Assembly (NCBI GenBank): GCA_028279945.1 | Contig: JANQMT010000149.1 | Location: 1 to 29,423 of the forward strand | DNA length: 29,423 bases | Origin: Clostridia bacterium | GTDB taxonomy: Bacteria; Bacillota; Clostridia; Peptostreptococcales; JAAYPU01 | Reading direction: 5' to 3' | Part shown: in pieces, positions 28,728 to 29,423 of the stretch | Position numbering within the stretch: the first letter of the stretch is position 1 | Layout: each line of letters opens with the position of its first letter | Program-made: the position numbers and the translations under genes | The notes under the pieces: model-generated | What the model was told of the DNA's origin: nothing | Databases searched by the model: none | What the model saw: only the letters and a program-made list of their open reading frames with translations

Positions 28728-29423
28728 ATGGATCAAAAGGATATCGATAAAATCGTTAAAGAGGTGATTCAAGAAACACTCAAACAACAACACCATCATA
28801 CTAGCAAAGGCGATGGTTCAACAAATATGTCCACAGCTTCAAAGCGGTTGGATTTTGATGTGCAACTAGCAGCAGTAATGGAGCATTCCATGATAAGACC
28901 GGATGCCACACCTGCAATGGTAAAACAGTTTTGTGAAGAGGCTGTAAAATACAAGTTTAGAAACGTTTCGTTGTCGCCTTGTTTTGTCTCTTTGGCAGCG
29001 GAGCTGCTGAAAGGAACCGGTGTTATGGTTTCCACAGCCGTTGGTTTTCCTATGGGGATAGCATCTATTGAAACCAAGGTTTTTGAAACCCATGAAGTAA
29101 TAAAAAATGGAGCTGCAGAAATTGATCTACCTATAAATGTGGGTATGGTCAAGGCAGGGAAACTAAGGGCTGTGAAGGAAGAAATTGAGGCAGTTGTAAA
29201 AGCCTCTGAGAAGAGGGCACTTATTAAAGCAGTTGTAGATCTGGGGCTGCTTACGGAAGAAGAGAAGATAAAAGTTGCTTTGATTGCCAAACTATCCGGT
29301 GCAGACTTCCTAAAGATAGCAACTACAACAAGACCGGTAGGCGTAAATGCCGAAGACATTAAGTTTTTTAGAAACATCGTGGGTTCGGACATGGGACTGA
29401 AAGCAGATGGAGGAATCAAGGAT
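28728..29423 (+). CDS. deoC: Second deoxyribose-phosphate aldolase paralog with ~35-aa N-terminal amphipathic extension (3' end beyond window)
   Basis: Absent from the ORF track because there is no stop before the window end. RBS GAAGGGA. AVGFPMG, GADFLKIATT, LKADGGI. N-terminal DIDKIVKEVIQETLKQ followed by an H/S/G-rich linker. Confidence 0.8.
   Translation, partial: MDQKDIDKIVKEVIQETLKQQHHHTSKGDGSTNMSTASKRLDFDVQLAAVMEHSMIRPDATPAMVKQFCEEAVKYKFRNVSLSPCFVSLAAELLKGTGVMVSTAVGFPMGIASIETKVFETHEVIKNGAAEIDLPINVGMVKAGKLRAVKEEIEAVVKASEKRALIKAVVDLGLLTEEEKIKVALIAKLSGADFLKIATTTRPVGVNAEDIKFFRNIVGSDMGLKADGGIKD

Noticed and set aside
28796-29419. Minus-strand 207-aa ORF at the window end
   Set aside because: It is a low-complexity Ser/Ala/Thr-rich translation antisense to a clear plus-strand DERA gene (28728-29423), which the track missed because it has no stop in the window.

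Overview
This is a low-GC Firmicutes/Clostridia-like window with two clearly different parts. All protein family calls below are from motif recognition by eye, and no database search was possible. (1) Positions 1-9950 are a very AT-rich accessory region. It holds a 5'-truncated MATE efflux gene, then a run of small hypothetical, lipoprotein and membrane genes, two of which sit inside cassette-like modules that share a ~450-bp non-coding upstream block and a ~70-nt structured downstream element. After these come a PafBC-like pair of WYL-domain regulator genes (the first broken by an in-frame TAA), degenerate tRNA-like fragments, an SPFH/band-7 protein, a gene-fragment direct repeat and a bidirectional terminator. 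(2) Positions 9950-29423 are a GC-richer sugar-phosphate-utilisation (SPU)-type bacterial microcompartment (BMC) locus. It encodes SDR, Zn-ADH and 2-hydroxyacid dehydrogenases, three tandem BMC-P vertex proteins, deoxyribose-phosphate aldolase (DERA) with a C-terminal CxxCxxCxxxCP tail, CoA-acylating aldehyde dehydrogenase, three tandem PduA-type BMC-H proteins, PduL, an FGGY sugar kinase, another SDR, a SorC/DeoR regulator, a sugar ABC transporter, a TIM-barrel sugar-phosphate isomerase and a second encapsulation-peptide-bearing DERA that runs off the window end. A perfect 12-bp palindrome TGACAAATGTCA overlaps the -35 box of three promoters in this locus and is a candidate operator for the DeoR-like regulator.
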